Source: Marsupella aquatica (lineage: Eukaryota; Plantae; Marchantiophyta). From it: DNA of 64,000 nucleotides. Positions 62,822 to 64,000 of the stretch are shown in pieces. Within the stretch, counting starts at the first letter, position 1, and each line of letters begins with the position of its first letter. The stretch is from assembly GCA_973895155.1 (NCBI GenBank), contig OZ316894.1, forward strand, positions 17,948,563 to 18,012,562. Direction: 5' to 3'. The position numbers were made by a program, and so were the translations under genes. The notes below the pieces were generated by a model. The model was not told where the DNA came from and did no database searches. It worked only from the letters and a program-made list of their open reading frames with translations.

Positions 62822-64000
62822 CTTGTCGAGCGTTGAAGAGCTGTACAGAGTTTTCTTCATTTACAAGCTTGTACAGATTTGATTCATTGGCGCGACTTTC
62901 AAGCCATGGAAAGTTACTGCCAAAGTGAGATACTGTAGTTTGTAAGCCAACTTCTGGTGCTAATGTTGTTTTGGCGATAGAAAGAAGGTGGGCACCAGGT
63001 GGGAACCACAGGAGTATACTTTAGGTACTCCTCGGCCTCCTGTTTGGTCTTGCGATCAGGATAGGATATAAATTTCTGGTCCACGGACTACAGGCCCGGT
63101 GATTGTTTATTATACTTATTGTATCCAGGAACAATTAGGGGATTTGACCAAACCAAGAATAGTGTTTCAGGACTTGGCAAAGTGTGAACGTAATTGAATT
63201 ATGCTTAGGGTTACGCAGGTGGACTCTTCACCTGCGCCTAGAATACCGTTCAAGGTACATTGTAACAAACCACATTTTGGTCTGTGTTTTGAAAGTAGTT
63301 GGTCCAGGAGTTGGGATTAAAGTACTTTTTTGGTGTTAATAAACGTGCTCTTTATTGGAGTTCGTAGACAGTAAATCTAACATGATAATCTATCCGACAA
63401 TCTACTTCACCAGAATTGGCTTCGGCTTACAGCACATCAACATTGGGCGAACTGTCCATGATTAAACACAATCTGTGGTCTGGCACAGGCATCATCAAAC
63501 ACTGAAGAAACTGCCCCGACCGAAATATTTATGAGAATGATCTCTAGAGTGATACATGCATATCAGCAGTAAGGTGCTGCATCGTTCAAATCAACGAGCT
63601 GTAGAACGTAGACAACCATCGATTAGTCAATTACCAACAACGTGTCCACGTTTGTTGCCACCGAGAGTTCCCTTTAGAGGCGAAAAATTGGACGAGGTCC
63701 AGCAATCAGCAAGCACATCAGTCAGTGCAACCCACGCATTTAATGTCTGTGCAATAGTCGTAAGTACGCGCTCTCGCTATATATTTTTCGTACTCAGTCT
63801 TAAGGACACCATTATCTTCTTCTCTTTCTGTTTAGCAGCAGAAAATTCAGATGCATTGAACCACGTCTGAAGAACGACATTTCAAGTACCAGTGAGCCCG
63901 CCAGTGAGTATTGGAATTTATTCGTCCGATCTGTTACAGATCTTTATAACTGTGAATAACAATTTCTAGTGTGCACATTAGCAGATAATTAAAGGTCGAT

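Noticed and set aside
63400-64000. Possible 3' end of a neighbouring gene
   Set aside because: No recognisable coding signal; window edge.

Overview
Eukaryotic, intron-rich land-plant nuclear DNA, most likely a bryophyte with organellar C-to-U editing. This is inferred from a spliced Hsp33 gene together with a PLS-E-DYW PPR gene. Host genes: a GT4-type glycosyltransferase of the At4g01210/At5g04480 family (1050-8276 +), a disabled complex I B8/NDUFA2 gene (21434-22587 +), a PPR-DYW gene (22985-26756 +), a small conserved plant protein with YTSLRD / LLEKAAHAWLQP motifs (48658-49119 +), Hsp33 (54092-57241 -) and a two-domain DJ-1D/PfpI gene (60520-62821 +). These are interspersed with transposon nests: a very young but lesion-bearing Ty1/copia (15417-21106, GGCAA TSD, LTRs with one mismatch and an 18-bp GTAC/ACGTG array), four older LTRs of the same family, a second internally deleted copia, a MULE transposase pseudogene, and several TIR elements with 8-bp target duplications. 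The most striking observation is that two small exons splice an OSB-type PDF (ssDNA-binding) motif in frame onto the N-terminus of the PPR-DYW cytidine deaminase. The putative targeting-peptide exon of that gene appears to carry stop codons. All calls are by eye; no database searches were run.
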